NCBI RefSeq assembly: GCF_021869535.1
Contig: NW_026262626.1
Coordinates: forward strand, 9,920,001-9,984,000
From: Mytilus californianus
Lineage: Eukaryota
Length of the DNA stretch: 64,000 nt
Direction: 5' to 3'
Part shown: piece by piece, positions 1-12,386 of the stretch
Position numbering within the stretch: position 1 is the first letter of the stretch
How the letters are laid out: every line of letters begins with the position of its first letter
Notes under the pieces: generated by a model
Databases searched by the model: none
Told to the model about the DNA's origin: nothing
What the model saw: only the letters and a program-made list of their open reading frames with translations
Made by a program: the position numbers and the translations under genes

Positions 1-214
1 ATGGCTAACCCTATTTAGTTGGGTTAGTGTCATCATACATTTCTGGTCAATTTTCTAGAATTAAAAATCATTCCAGATTCAAGTAATTCCTTGTTTTATG
101 ATATTGCTTAACCTTGTTTCCTTGTAAATTGTATTTAAGGGCATTTGTTTTAAAGAAGCTATTTTAAAGCAATTTCAATGCGACCATAAGTTTAAACCGA
201 TATTTTCAATACAG

Positions 215-799
215 GAATTTCATCCGGCGCAGAACTAACATTATCTTGTGGAAGTAAAGCAAGAAATACACCTACAGTACCTTTCACTAGTTTACCAGAC
301 TGTCACAGTACTGATGTCACAACAGAGAGAATAACAACGCCAATCGTCACAACAGACATTACAACAACGCCAATCGTCACAATAGACAGAACAACGACGC
401 CAATCGTCACAACAGACAGTACAACGACGCCAATCGTCACTACTACAGAGACTTACGCTAGTTCAGAGGCTGCGATAACTTCTTTTCAAAGTACCTATGT
501 CGAATCAATGACAACTTCTATCATTGCTGGTGCAGACACTACAACTGACGCCACCACAGCTGAATCCACCAATGAGAGAACAACATTATATAAACAAGAA
601 ACTTATACTTCAGCCGACCAAAATTTGCCCTTATCTGGATTGACCTCAACAGAAAAAAAAATGATTGATAATGGAACTTTAACAACAATATCTTCAGCCA
701 GTGAGAGTCTTCAAGAGACTCCTTCTATTGTTCCCATGCAAACAACAGAAAAAAATGTGACAGTTACTGAGGAACAATCGTCTCCAACTAGTATCGGGT
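215..799 (+). CDS. Paralog 1 mucin-like Thr/Ser stalk exon
   Basis: tttcaatacAG acceptor at 213-214, GTAAGT donor at 800; open frame includes ORF 508..807. Confidence 0.85.
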
Positions 800-3700
800 G
801 TAAGTAATAGTAAAAAAGTGCTAGAATAGTTCACATCTAGGAAATCAGAGGCGCAAATTAATTTACCGGTGTTCAAATCTCATACAACCACAAAGAATAT
901 ACAACTCAAAGAAAAGTAAAACATGCAACACAACGAAAAAAACCAGAATGCATACATTCCATGGCTCTCGGTCATAAAACTTTACTCAGTACTTGGAGTA
1001 CAAAATTTGTGTTTGAAATGTTTATGAACGCAAGGCCAGAAGTATCAAGACTAGGTGCGTCGACAAGGAAAGTGTCGTTTTGGTGTTGTGTTTGACGTTG
1101 CCATACGTTGCCATAAAAGCGGGAGGTTTGGCATGCCACAAAACCAGGTTCAACCCACCATTTTGTTCTTAAAATGTCCTGTACCAAGTCAGGAAAATGG
1201 CCATTGTTATATTAAAGTTCGTTTCTGTGTGTGTTACATTTTAATGTTGTGTTTTTGTTGTGTCGTTGTTCTCCTCTTATATTTGATGCGTTTCCCTCAG
1301 TTTTAGTTTGTAACCCGGATTTGTTTTTGTCTCTATCGATTTATGAGTTTTCGAACAGCGGTATACTACTGTTGCCTTTATTTATCTGCTACAGTGCATT
1401 CAGTATTTGTCATGCAAATCCACACTCAGTCAAAATGCAATCAATCGGGAATAGTAAAATACCAGTAAATTTATAGATAAGACGACTATTAGGCATCTTT
1501 ATATCAAAGAACGCAAAACAATAAAATCAGATATTTGGAGGTTTCGTTAACAGTAGTTTCTTTTTTCTAGATTCAACGCTTCTGAAATCTGTCGTTGAAA
1601 TGGAATCACCAAATCATATTCAATTGTTTACTTGTTTGCTGAATTTTTTAGTTGAAATTTGATAATGATTTCTTCACAAAGAGAATTTACTTAGAAAATT
1701 ATCATATAATTTTTATTAATTGATGAATTGCGCCTTCATCTACAGGAAAACGACATTCGTATAGGGTGAATTGTATAGATGAGTTATAGAGCTAATATTG
1801 GGAGTAAAAATTTGTAGTTTGAAGTTGGATTCTTTCCTTTTTTCGTTTCGGATTATTTTAAAAATTGTGTGTTGTTGGTATTTTTCCGTGAGAACAGATT
1901 TTTGGTTTATCATTTGCCATTGTATGCATGTCAAAAAAAAATATTAACGTTTTTATGATCATATAGGGTGATTTCATCTGTTTTACTTTATGTCTTTATA
2001 AATAATTATTCATGAATAAGTATGAGTGTCAATCGTGATTTGATTCGAATTATGTATTTTCCTAGAAATTCAGTAACATAAATGTATTTATAAAAAAAAA
2101 AAGTTCAAAGATGCCTTATTTTGTACATTTCGGCTAATTATCAGATTCATAATCGTTCAATTGGAGTTTTCGTACAGTATAATGAAAGAGCGTACAATTT
2201 TGTTCAAATATTTTATTCATCGTTTAAATCCACTATCTGTTTACTCTTATTAATTGTGCTTCTTGCATTGTCCATCGTTGAAGATAATATAGTGAGTATT
2301 TGAACTCACTGATAATAGTCTAATCATTGAAACAAATATAATTCCGAAAATACAATTCAACAATAGTGATAATAATAGACAAAAATGGATAGGTGTTGGG
2401 TCTTAAAAAGATACAAATCGACATTCGGTATCATGGTATGTGTTAAATGCACCTGCCCTTATCCATTTATCTCTTTTACTTAAAACATTTAGAAAATGAT
2501 AATCAAATTCTTCACTGCATTTGTATATACCACCCATTCAATACCAGTTAAACACATATTAATTACTTAACATGTTTCACTCAAATGAGCACTCTCTTTG
2601 AAGATTAAAGAAATTCGATGGTTATTTCAAAAAACGTTACAAAAATGTGATTCGAGAGATTGTATTTGATGTTGTTACTCAAAATATCTTATTTTTTGTG
2701 GTTTAAAAATTATTTGTAGATTGTGAAGCCAGTCATCGGTTTATTGTATAGTATTATTAACTTGATTTTTCATATCTTCTTTGTTTCTTGCCGCTTTGTT
2801 CGAATTCGAGTAACAGTTAATTCCACTTGTCAAACAAAACATTTGTTATCTTCAAACCAAAGCTTAACTGTATACTAATTTGTTTACCGGAATTGTTTTA
2901 GTGTAATGAAAAGAACACAAATAAATTCATCATAAAGGTTTAACATTTTGTACGCAAGACGCGCGTTTCGTCTACATAAGGCTAATAAGTGACGACTTAA
3001 TAAAAAAGTAAAAAGGCCAAATAAAGAATGAAGTATATAGAAATGTAGAAAAACATACCGAAGTTAACCTGTCAATCTATCAAAAACTTTGCATCAAAAC
3101 TATTCTGTGCGACCTTTTCTATGAATCAGCTAAACTACGATTTAGTTGCAGGGTACTGAGGAAATATTAAAATAACGACGATTACAGTATTTGCAATTCA
3201 TTTATTTGTTGTTTTGGTTTCAGCTTTGATTATTGGAGTTACCGCTGCAATTATTTTAAAGTGTGCATTGGTTATATTGCTCATGGTCTACAGATATAAG
3301 ATAAAAAAAAAGTGTGGAAAAAAGAAGGTCGGTATAAATAATATTTGAGCAAATAAAAAAATAAACACGAACAACAAAAACGTAATTTTTAAAGGCTGTG
3401 GCAAGAGCATCAATGTTATATAAAGTATATTTTGAAAATAATGTAAAATATTGCAAAATGATTTCTGATTTTACGGAATTGTTTTGCAGGAAGAGGGTTA
3501 TAGGTTTTAATATACCTTGTAGGATTTTTTCAATATCTTGGTAAATGTTATTTTTTTTAATGTAAATTATAAATTTCTTGTTTTGATAGTTTTAGTAATT
3601 TACAGTAAGACATTTGATATTTTTTTTGTTAAATGTAAAGCATCACTTATCGTATTCAACATTCAAGTGTCTTCATTAAAATCATTATACGTAAACAACA

Positions 3701-5967
3701 TGAAAATTAAAAAACAAATGTTGAGAAGATTGCTTTAGTGTCCTCTTTATACTGGAGGGGAAAAAATCAAATGCTATTATCTCGACAGCTTGTATAACGT
3801 TAATAAAAAAGTTTTACCTTTTTTCGTGTCATACATTTATATGAACCAAATTTTCCAAAATAAGTTGTCATAAACATCCATTCTTGTTCAATTTTGTCAA
3901 ATTAGCCAAAACATTGATACAGGATTGACTTGCAAAACAAGTATTTGCCTCATTAAGATTACATACATGAGACGTAATATTTCTCATAAGTTGGAGATGA
4001 TTGCCATTGTGGTGAGCACATCAAATTATTGACAAGAATATCAGATGCAAAAGTGAAAGTAGTGACTCGATCAATAGGCGGACCAATTACGCTGACCGAT
4101 TATACCTGCAAAAAAACATTTTTTTATCAGGTACAGGTTAAAAGGTGATTACTTTCATAGCAATGATATATAATCAAATATTATAAATCTTCATATTACT
4201 ACTACACGTGCCTTTTTATATTTATCTATTTATATTTTATCTGTTTATATTATTTATTTATTTATTTATTTATATGAGGGTAACGTACCTATCGATTATT
4301 CTCTGAGCGTAAGCCATCGAATTATATAGGCGCAAACATTGAAATGAAAATAACCTGCTATTCAGAATGAACTCTTACTATGGTGAATTGTTTTCAGGAA
4401 ATGTGTAATTTTCATTTATTTGCAAAAATAAGGCAATTTTTATGTAAAAAGAGCTATACCCTGCTGCTAATGCATATTGATGGCAAAAAAGATAGAGATC
4501 ACGGGGAAGGATGGTTGGTGTGAGGAGTTGGTTTTGCTGCCTAAAGTTGGTCATTTGGTGCAAAAACCGACAAAAATGACGAATTATGTCCTATTTCTTG
4601 ACCTGGAAGTGATGCTGACAAATGTATATCATTGTAGTCTGCATGTAAAGTAGACACCAGTAAAAAACATTGACGAAAATTGGAATGATTGTGATCTAAG
4701 TATGGTAGTCTAAAAGAGGTCATTTCCACCAAAAATGTGAAATTTTTCGATGCTTCCGATTTTTGAATTCACCTGGACCTGCAACCGGAAGTAGGCATAT
4801 CCTAAGTGCATTTGAATAATAAAAATGATGAGTGGTTTAATGTTTGCGGGTATAAACTGTGTTTGGAAGTTTTTGGCCTCTGCGTGTCCTAGGCATCGAA
4901 GGGAAGCTCACCCCGTTAAAGAAAATACCAGTTTGACATATTTTAATTTTCGAAGTTCGTATTTTGGCTCAAATTGCATCTTTAACCTGAAAAACATGAC
5001 AATAAATAGCCTTAAATTGACGGACAATGTATCAGTTTTAAAGTAAATACCATGCTTAAAGTATGGAGAGCCAATGAAGCCATATAACTGTATGTTGGGT
5101 AAGGGCCATAATATTACGGTCCCTGCAGAAAGGGTGAACAGTATGACTTGTCTTAATTGGTCGTTGTGTAGGTCTGATCTCTGTTATTGCTGGACACTTC
5201 ATGGACTATGTAACATACCATAGAAAACAATCATATGTTTCTGGTCCTAAAAAGAAAGAAATCTTTTATCAACTGTGACGGAGTATTTATTTTTTAAGTG
5301 AAGAATTGATACGTAAGGGAGATAACTAGAAAAGTAACGGGAATCTTTGTTTTTGGATTTGAATTTAAATTTGTTTCTTTATTTTCGTTCTGGAAATCAA
5401 GTTTCTAAACATGTATCTCTATCAATGCTACTTTTGAGCGCGAAAACAATTATTTTTGTAATCGTAATTAAATGACGTCCAGTCCAAAATGTTGACATTG
5501 TTTACGTTTTCATGAGAAGTTATGAATGAAATACATCGAATTGGAAGTCTGCATCGGTTGATATGAATTTGACAGCTAATGCCCTTAAAATAGTTAAGTT
5601 GTCCTTTTTATTTTTATTTAAGTATGAGTTTACCTTAAATTCAGTCTATAAAAATCCACAAAGAAGTTTAGAATATACTGTGAGTAATTTTATGGGCTAT
5701 TCATATGAACTCAATATTTAAAAATCCATGTTTTACTTATGTTTTTTTATTTGAATAAGCAACTTTGAAATAATTCCGTGTTTCTAAACGTAAATAACAC
5801 CGTCCTTGAACCTAGCGTTTCATCACTAATTTACATTTTTGTAGGTTTCTTCCATAATTGACGAAGAAGATATTGAAAACATACCTTGTCAAATTGCACC
5901 TTTAAATCACTGTTTTACGGAAAGACATCAAAGAACTCTTGATGGAAATGAACATCTGAAAATATAA
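215..5967 (+). CDS. Receptor paralog 1 (5'-partial): mucin stalk, TM with central Lys, short cytoplasmic tail; join(215..799,3224..3327,5845..5967)
   Basis: AG/GT-flanked exons with consistent phases (1,1,0). Each exon aligns with the matching exon of paralog 2 (GISSGAELTLSCG vs GTSPGAELTLSCA; LIIGVTAAIILKCALVILLMVYRYKIKKKCGKKK vs TIIGVSIVLIVICALIMMFFLHRDKIKEKCCKKK). Upstream exons lie outside the window. Stop TAA at 5965-5967. Confidence 0.8.
328..447 (+). repeat. Coding minisatellite, 30 bp x4 (xTTTPIVTTD)
   Basis: Four consecutive units RITTPIVTTD / ITTTPIVTID / RTTTPIVTTD / STTTPIVTTT; paralog 2 has one unit. Confidence 0.9.
985..1385 (+). mobile_element. Interspersed repeat fragment (probable retroelement 3' end)
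   Basis: Its 3' part (gatgcgtttccctcagttttagtttgtaacccggatttg...cagcggtatactactgttgcctttattt) recurs at about 55700-55828. Confidence 0.55.
2953..2998 (-). ncRNA. Degenerate type I hammerhead-like motif
   Basis: Minus strand reads cactTATTAgccttatgtagacGAAAcgcgcgtc; the GAAA and palindromic stem III are kept but the CUGAUGA core is mutated, so probably inactive. Confidence 0.35.
3224..3327 (+). CDS. Paralog 1 transmembrane exon
   Basis: ggtttcAG acceptor, GTcggt donor; 104 nt, the same length as the paralog 2 TM exon. Confidence 0.85.
5845..5967 (+). CDS. Paralog 1 terminal cytoplasmic exon (truncated)
   Basis: tttttgtAG acceptor; VSSIIDEEDIENIPCQIAPLNHCFTERHQRTLDGNEHLKI*; homologous to 21237 onward. 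Confidence 0.75.
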   Translation, partial: VSSIIDEEDIENIPCQIAPLNHCFTERHQRTLDGNEHLKI

Positions 5968-6297
5968 CTAAAAGTAAAAAGATCTGATATTATAGTAAAT
6001 AAACAAATTCCCAAAGAGCAATATAAAAGATCAGGAGTTGTTGTTGAAAGAGAACATATAAAGCCAAGATCTTTTAAAAGGAGTAGGTTTCTCGTGTCAG
6101 CATGAATTGTTTGTTTGGATATACATACAGCATAAATATTACTCATCATTAGTGCCATTATGAGAAAGTCGTAAGGATCAATATTGTAGTAGATGTTAGT
6201 TAATCTATTGGTGTGTTACATCGTTAAATGTCTGATATAATAATTATAACTGATATTTATCTATTTTGCATTATTTTTATATGTTTGTTTTTTAACA

Positions 6298-6303
6298 AAT
6301 AAA
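6298..6303 (+). terminator. Candidate polyadenylation signal, paralog 1
   Basis: AATAAA in a context (aacaaataaaaaa.cagaaca) also found at 22402 behind paralog 2. Confidence 0.5.
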
Positions 6304-6943
6304 AAATCAGAACACGTTTTTTTTACCTATCTTACACACCCTGATATATTATGGAGAAATATGATTTTGCTAATCAAAGTATGTTATTTTCTTTAAATTG
6401 CATTCTACCTAGACAATGATTAGATAGAACAATATGACTTCCGAAACTAAACGGGACTTATCTGATAAAAGTCGAAGTTCAGTTGGAATTTGACGTAGTC
6501 ATCTTTAGTTGTAAGGATCAGATTAGATGTTCGTGTCCATATGTAGCTTCAGTCTTCAAAGTTGAAAGGTTTTTGAATACACAATCACTTTCCAAAAGTC
6601 ACTATCTACATATAGTGCAAAAAAATATGAGAGGAATATCGGGTAGGCATCTGATCCCTACTCATGACTCATATAATCAACATGCATATTTTATCTTTAT
6701 ACTCGCACTAGTCTAATTTCTAGATATACAGCGATGCAAAGTAAATAAAAATTAGACCCCCCCCCCTAGTCTACAAACGGTGCATTGTTTGCCATGAGGA
6801 GAACCCAACTGTCCTTTACGAATTCTGATTTTAAATATTGGTGAATATGGATGGAAATAAAATGTGTTGTAAAGGATGGATGTGTTTTTCTGTATTTAAC
6901 TTCAATGACAACAATCCAGCAAAACACAAGCTAACCAAACATG

Positions 6944-7576
6944 CACATTTATTCTAAAGCCAGTTGTTGGCATGATACGGGTTATGTTCTTCTCATATAT
7001 TTTATGATGGTTATGATACTAAACCCCTAACGGGAGGGATTGTGCTTGATTTTCATATGATGAAGTTATAATCTTTCAATCAGTTTAATTGAGGTTTGGA
7101 GCTGGCATGTCAGTAACTGCTAGTAGTCCTTTGTTCATTTATGTATCATTATGATTTTGCTTAGTTTTTTTTGTTACCTATTCTGACATCGGACTCGGAC
7201 CTCTTTTAAACTGAGTTTTACTGTGCGTATTGCTATGTGTTTCTTTTTTTTATTGACTAGAGGTATAAGGGAAGGTTGAGATCTCACAAAACATATTTTT
7301 TTGCGCCTGTCCCAAGTCAGGAGCATCTGGCCTTTGTTATTCTTGTATATTTTTTTTAAAATTTTAGTTGTTCAATTATATGTTTTGGAGTTTAGTGTGA
7401 CGTCCATTTTCACTGAACTAGCAAACAATTTTATTTAGGGGCCAGCTGATGACCACCTCAGGGTGCGGGATTTTCTCGCTGCATTGAAGTCCCAATGGTG
7501 GCCTTCGGCTGTTGTCTGCTCTTTGGTCGGGTTGTTGTTTCCTTGACATATTCCCTATTTCCATTTTCAATTTTAG
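6944..7576 (+). mobile_element. 3'-end copy of the Sec-Naiad Penelope-like element, carrying SECIS
   Basis: Colinear with 56958-57585 (cacatttattctaaa...gtcccaagtcaggag...gggtgcgggattttctcgct...caatttta). Confidence 0.85.
6989..7065 (+). promoter_or_regulatory. Form-2 SECIS element (best-preserved copy)
   Basis: Helix I CTTC-TCATAT/ATATGA-T-GAAG; ATGA at 7004; helix II GGTTATGATACT/GGGATTGTGCT; AAA at 7021-7023; CCC/GGG ministem; TGAT at 7047-7050. Confidence 0.75.
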
Positions 7577-8769
7577 GCAATATATAATAACGTCCTTAAC
7601 CACAATCACAAATATTAACCAATATAAGGTAGCCGCAATGACAGCAACTCATCAACACAATGTTATCAAAATTGAACACGCATTTCATTTTGATGTAGGC
7701 GTTTGTATGTTTAAAAGTGGAGCGAAAGATACAATAGGGATATTCAAACATAAGTCGAAAAAAAAATTGACAACGCCATAACAAACAAAAAAGAAGTCAA
7801 AGATCAAAAGACAAATAACATAGAACCCTTTAATCAAAATTTTAACAGATTCATTTTCAACTGCTGTAATGATTACTTTTTATATTAAGTTGTAGATGCT
7901 CAAAGCCTCATTGTAAAGTTAAAATAAAGACAGATAATGTCAGTTGATTATTGCCAACACCTCTGATGTCATTTGACACTTAAGTTATTTGAAAAAAAAG
8001 CGCAGCAGCAGGTACTGAGTTATCATCTCCAATCATGACATTTGATGGATAGAGCGCCAACAACTGACTCGTTCAATAAAAACAAAATATGATTGGTCCG
8101 TTACAAGCTATATTCAACAAAGAAATCAAAAACTATGATTACGCTGTGGACCTCTTATCTCCTGATTGGCTATTTTTTCAAATGTCAAGGTAAATGTAAG
8201 AAAGGTCAGGAAGAAGACTTGTTAGGCGGAAGTAAACTGAATGGATGATATACAGTTTGAATAAAATAACAAGGATACATTTGAAGCCAAATTATTAGTT
8301 CAAAATGATTTTTCGGATTTTAAAATCTTTTCATTTTTTTCATTTACTTTAAGATTCGTTGAAGGTTGAACATTTCCTCAGTTACACTTCATGGTGGCAT
8401 TGGTGTAGTCATACAACATAAAAAAAGTGCTTATAATGAGAAAGATAATGGTAGTCAGAGTTACCTTTGACATTAGAATTGTTATAAAATTTGCTTCTTG
8501 GATAAATGTATAGATTGAATGAATGTTACTCTTTAATAAAAATATGCTATGTTACTTTAATTTAAGGAAGTAAATTCTGAATTTCTAATATATATACTAT
8601 ATACTAGACAATTGTCCACCAATATAGTGGTGTACATAACGTTTTCATTCAGCCGGAAGATTAATTGATGAAAAAACATAAAGGTAAAACATCTAGAACT
8701 CGTAAAATCCATACATTTTGGCCTTTCAACTGTTTTATATTGAACTGAACACGCAATTATAGTAAACGA

Positions 8770-9460
8770 AAAACAACAAAAATAATAAAGAAAGTATGTA
8801 AAATACAACATAGAAAATAAAAGACTGTACAACATTACCCCCACTAAAAATCGGCAGTGATCTTAGGTGATCCGGAAGGGTATGATGATCTTTCGGTAAT
8901 ATGACATTAGAGGAAAGAGATAACGGGATTGTGGTTACGTCAATTGGAACGTATTCGTGATATTTGTCGTTATCTGTGACACATTCTGTGATAACTTTCA
9001 ACGAATTCGTGATGGCATCCGAAATGTTTTCGATATCTAACTTCAACTTCACCACTTGGAACACTTGATTTATTAGCTTTCTTTTAAGAATCAATCAGAG
9101 ATATATACTCAATACGCAGGACCAGTTCACAATTGTGAAATCATCTCTTTTGCAAAACCGACCCTTATGTCCATTTTTAGATGTAAGCCAAGATTGGAAG
9201 CAGACTTAACTATATCTTATTTATCATTTATTTCGAATTCAATAAGATACATGCGTCAACATAAGCGACACACTTTGAATAACTAGTCAGTGGACATCAT
9301 TTATTGGGCGAACATAAAGTTAAAAGATAATGCTAGCTTCTTTTTTTTTTCCTAAAAACCTCCTTATTGAAGCCTGCAGCATATGAATAAAGGAACAAGT
9401 CGACATGAAGAGACGAACCGTTTTCAAGGAAATGCATAGTGCTAGTTGATAAAACATCAT
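8770..9460 (-). mobile_element. Decayed reverse transcriptase and 3' end of a second Penelope-like (Naiad-type) family
   Basis: Minus-strand peptides DLFLYSY, VKSASNLGLHL, KRDDFTIVN, RKLINQVFQVVKLK match the RT motifs of the 55000-56900 element; many stops and frameshifts. Confidence 0.7.
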
Positions 9461-9664
9461 ATAAACTATACAAATAAGTATCTTGATAATGACAGCCTTG
9501 AATCATAGAAAATTAAGTTTGATTTGTCCCTCCCTAAAAAAAGATATTTGTACCTACGTTGGCCAATATTTCGAATGAAAAATGTGAGAACAATTTCAAT
9601 TTCTCTTTCAAGTTTTGGGGAATACCTGTGTAAATAGCAGACATGTAAAATGATTTATACTATT

Positions 9665-9945
9665 GCACTAATGTGACCTACCGAATTAGACTATTTACCG
9701 GATTTGTAACAACATAAGCAACACGACGGGTGCCACATGTGGAGCAGAATCTGCTTCCCTTCCGGAGCACCTGAGATCACCCCCATTTTTTGGTGGGGTT
9801 CGTGTTGCTTAGTCTTTAGTTTTCTATGTTGTGTCATCTGTACTATTATTTGTCTGTTTGTCTTTTTTTTTTTGGCCATGGCGTTGTCAATTTGTTTCCG
9901 ATCTATGAGTTTGACTGTCCCTCTGGTATCTCGTCCCTTTTTTGC
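9665..9945 (+). mobile_element. 3'-end fragment of the second family (opposite orientation to 8770-9460)
   Basis: cccttccggagcacctgagatcacccc...ggggttcgtgttgcttagtctttagttttctatgttgtg; related copies at 20815-21005 (+) and 47225-47470 (-). Confidence 0.7.
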
Positions 9946-10224
9946 AAAAGGAAAGAGACTTAGATTGTTTGTAGTATGACAAATCTTTTAATTTTGTAAG
10001 TATCCACATATCCACACCGCCTCCAGAGTATGTAAATTTACAAGATAGAACTCTAAAGCTGATGTTAATAGAAAGAACTTGGAAGACTCACCAATATAAT
10101 GTTGTTTGTAGTTTTTGTTGTAATTTTGGTATCAAATAAAGTGAAGGCAGATCCAGTTCAACATGTTTGGTTGAAATTCAAAAGGAACATAAAACAGATC
10201 TAAGATTTTTCAATATTTTCTATT

Positions 10225-10385
10225 TGGTAAGTGAACCACATCGGCGATAGCGTGGTATCATAATCGCCTCGAGTGCGGGAGGTCGTTGGTTCGGATAAAA
10301 CCTTCCAGTGATCTGTAACCTTGTTAACCACCACGTTTAAAAACCGGCTTAGCATGTCGGTCTTGTACAAAGCAGTGCTAATACT
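10225..10385 (+). mobile_element. Degenerate tRNA-derived SINE head
   Basis: accacatcggcgatagcgtgg...cgcctcgagtgcgggaggtcgttggttcgga resembles an A-box/B-box tRNA head. Confidence 0.35.
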
Positions 10386-11762
10386 CATATCGCATTAACA
10401 TGTTTCCGTCCTGATATGCAATTAATTTGTATATGGGCGTTTATAATTGAAAACTTAAGTCGCAATTTGTTTGGTACATAGATAACTGATGGTAGGTACA
10501 AACTGATCCCAACAGTTTGAAGGTACTTTCGACTGAACTGATTTATGAGGAAGGATATTGCCTTAGAGGGCAACATCGAGAAATTATGGGGAAAATAATA
10601 AGCGATATCGAAACGCAATGTTTGACGTACAAAATGATAAGCTAGGTATCTCTGATGACATTTTTAGCCAGCCAATTCCTTTTTAGAATAGGCCAGACTG
10701 TGTCATATCGTCTTTTTACGTTTTCATAAATAATCAAGGTAGAGAATGCAAATGTGCTTACATAGAAAACGATTCTATCTTTATAGTTTATCAATCTTTA
10801 ATATACGGTAAGAATGAATGACAAATATTAAATTTTATTACATTACCATGCATGAGTATATAGATGAAAGCACGGACAAATCATCAATGTGGAAAAAATA
10901 AAATAACAAAAATACCGAACTCCAAGGAAAATTCAAAACGGGAAGTCCCTTAACTTATTGCAAAATCAAAAGCTCAAACACATCAAACACATCAAACGAA
11001 TACTGTTCTGCAAAACTTAAAGGGGTAAGGTCAATGTCGCTTTGACCAATTTCACACCAAGGTAATGCATTTCAATTTGAAGTCTTCGAATTACTTCATT
11101 CATAAATGTACATGTATTCTTAATGAGTGTTCTTTGTGCACAATACCCTTTCAGTCATATCCTTTATAGTAAAATGTTCAGTAGTTCATTACGTTTGATT
11201 GGGACTAATCATTACTGTGATAACTGGAAGCATTACACAGAAAACAGCGCTGCAGTGTAAAAAGTTCGTATCTTTTTTTTTTTTATTTCTTAATATATTA
11301 ACACCTACATTGGAACCAATGACTTTAAAAAAATAAACTTTTTCATACTGAAATATCTCTTGACCTGATTGATTGCTCTTTCTGGTTCTTAGTGCGATTT
11401 TCAAAAGTTTAGTGCACATGATAATATCAAGACGTTACGGTACTGTGTGTACATTATTGGATGAAAACCGTTCCACGTATACGGTTCTTGACGATCTCTG
11501 GTTAGATCATTAAGTAACCAGTGTCTTTAAAATCAAAATTGACCGTACTACTATTAAGTTATTCGATGTTTCTTAAGAAGTTCCTGTAATGAAACTATTA
11601 TGTGAAAATTTGCTGTTCACCGTTTATTCAACTGATCCGTAACGATTCACAAGAAAAAATTCGAATAAGATTTCACAGTACGTGGTCAGTTTGAATCTAA
11701 TTTTTCGGTGAAATGTATCTTATTCTATTGAATAGTTTAATATTTTCATATCATCATTTTAA

Positions 11763-12039
11763 GGTGGTACATAACACTACAGGGAGATAACTCTGTAAAA
11801 AGCAGCTGAACGTTTTAATCATGATCTATTGTTAAGGAAATATTCAGCTTCTCAATGATCAAAATTAGTGTTTGTCAAACTGTTATATATCCAATGGAAT
11901 TTTTCCGATAAAGTGTGTGGTTCAAGTTTTTGGAAATTTTTATATTTTGTCAAAGGGTCAAAGTAAATATTTTGTCAAAATTTTATGAAAATTAAACGAC
12001 TAAGCCAAATTAGTTTTAGTCAAGGTGTTTGGTACCACC
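11763..12039. mobile_element. TTAA-flanked MITE, 277 bp (Kolobok-like RR termini)
   Basis: TTAA|GGTGGTACATAACAC ... GTGTTTGGTACCACC|TTAA; TSDs at 11759-11762 and 12040-12043. Confidence 0.8.
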
Positions 12040-12386
12040 TTAATAGATTTATTAAGTTATTTTTGAAAGTTCAAAAAACCGCTGGGCTATACTATAACAT
12101 TATTCAAATTAGGTGTTTAAATTTTGATTGAAATATTGATAAAGGAAGGAGTCATTTAACTAATCTGGTGTTTAAGAATACACCCGATAATATCACGATT
12201 ACATTTAAATTTTAAATTGAAACAATTGTATCCAACCGTCATTTTTGGGTCGTCTGACCCTTTAGATAGGGCATTATTCTATGTAAAATATTTTCAATAA
12301 CACATCTCAATTCTGGTGCTTTGTTAAAATGCATATACATGTATATCCTGTTTAAATGTTTGTGTATAATATAATGGTTGACGGAA

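Noticed and set aside
1015-1080. Possible SECIS in the third repeat family (ATGAACGCA...AA...TGCGTCGAC)
   Set aside because: Helix II needs large bulges, the core register is off by one, and there is no helix I
5965-7065. SECIS-driven readthrough of the paralog 1 premature stop
   Set aside because: The stop is TAA, not TGA, and a likely poly(A) signal (6298) lies before the SECIS
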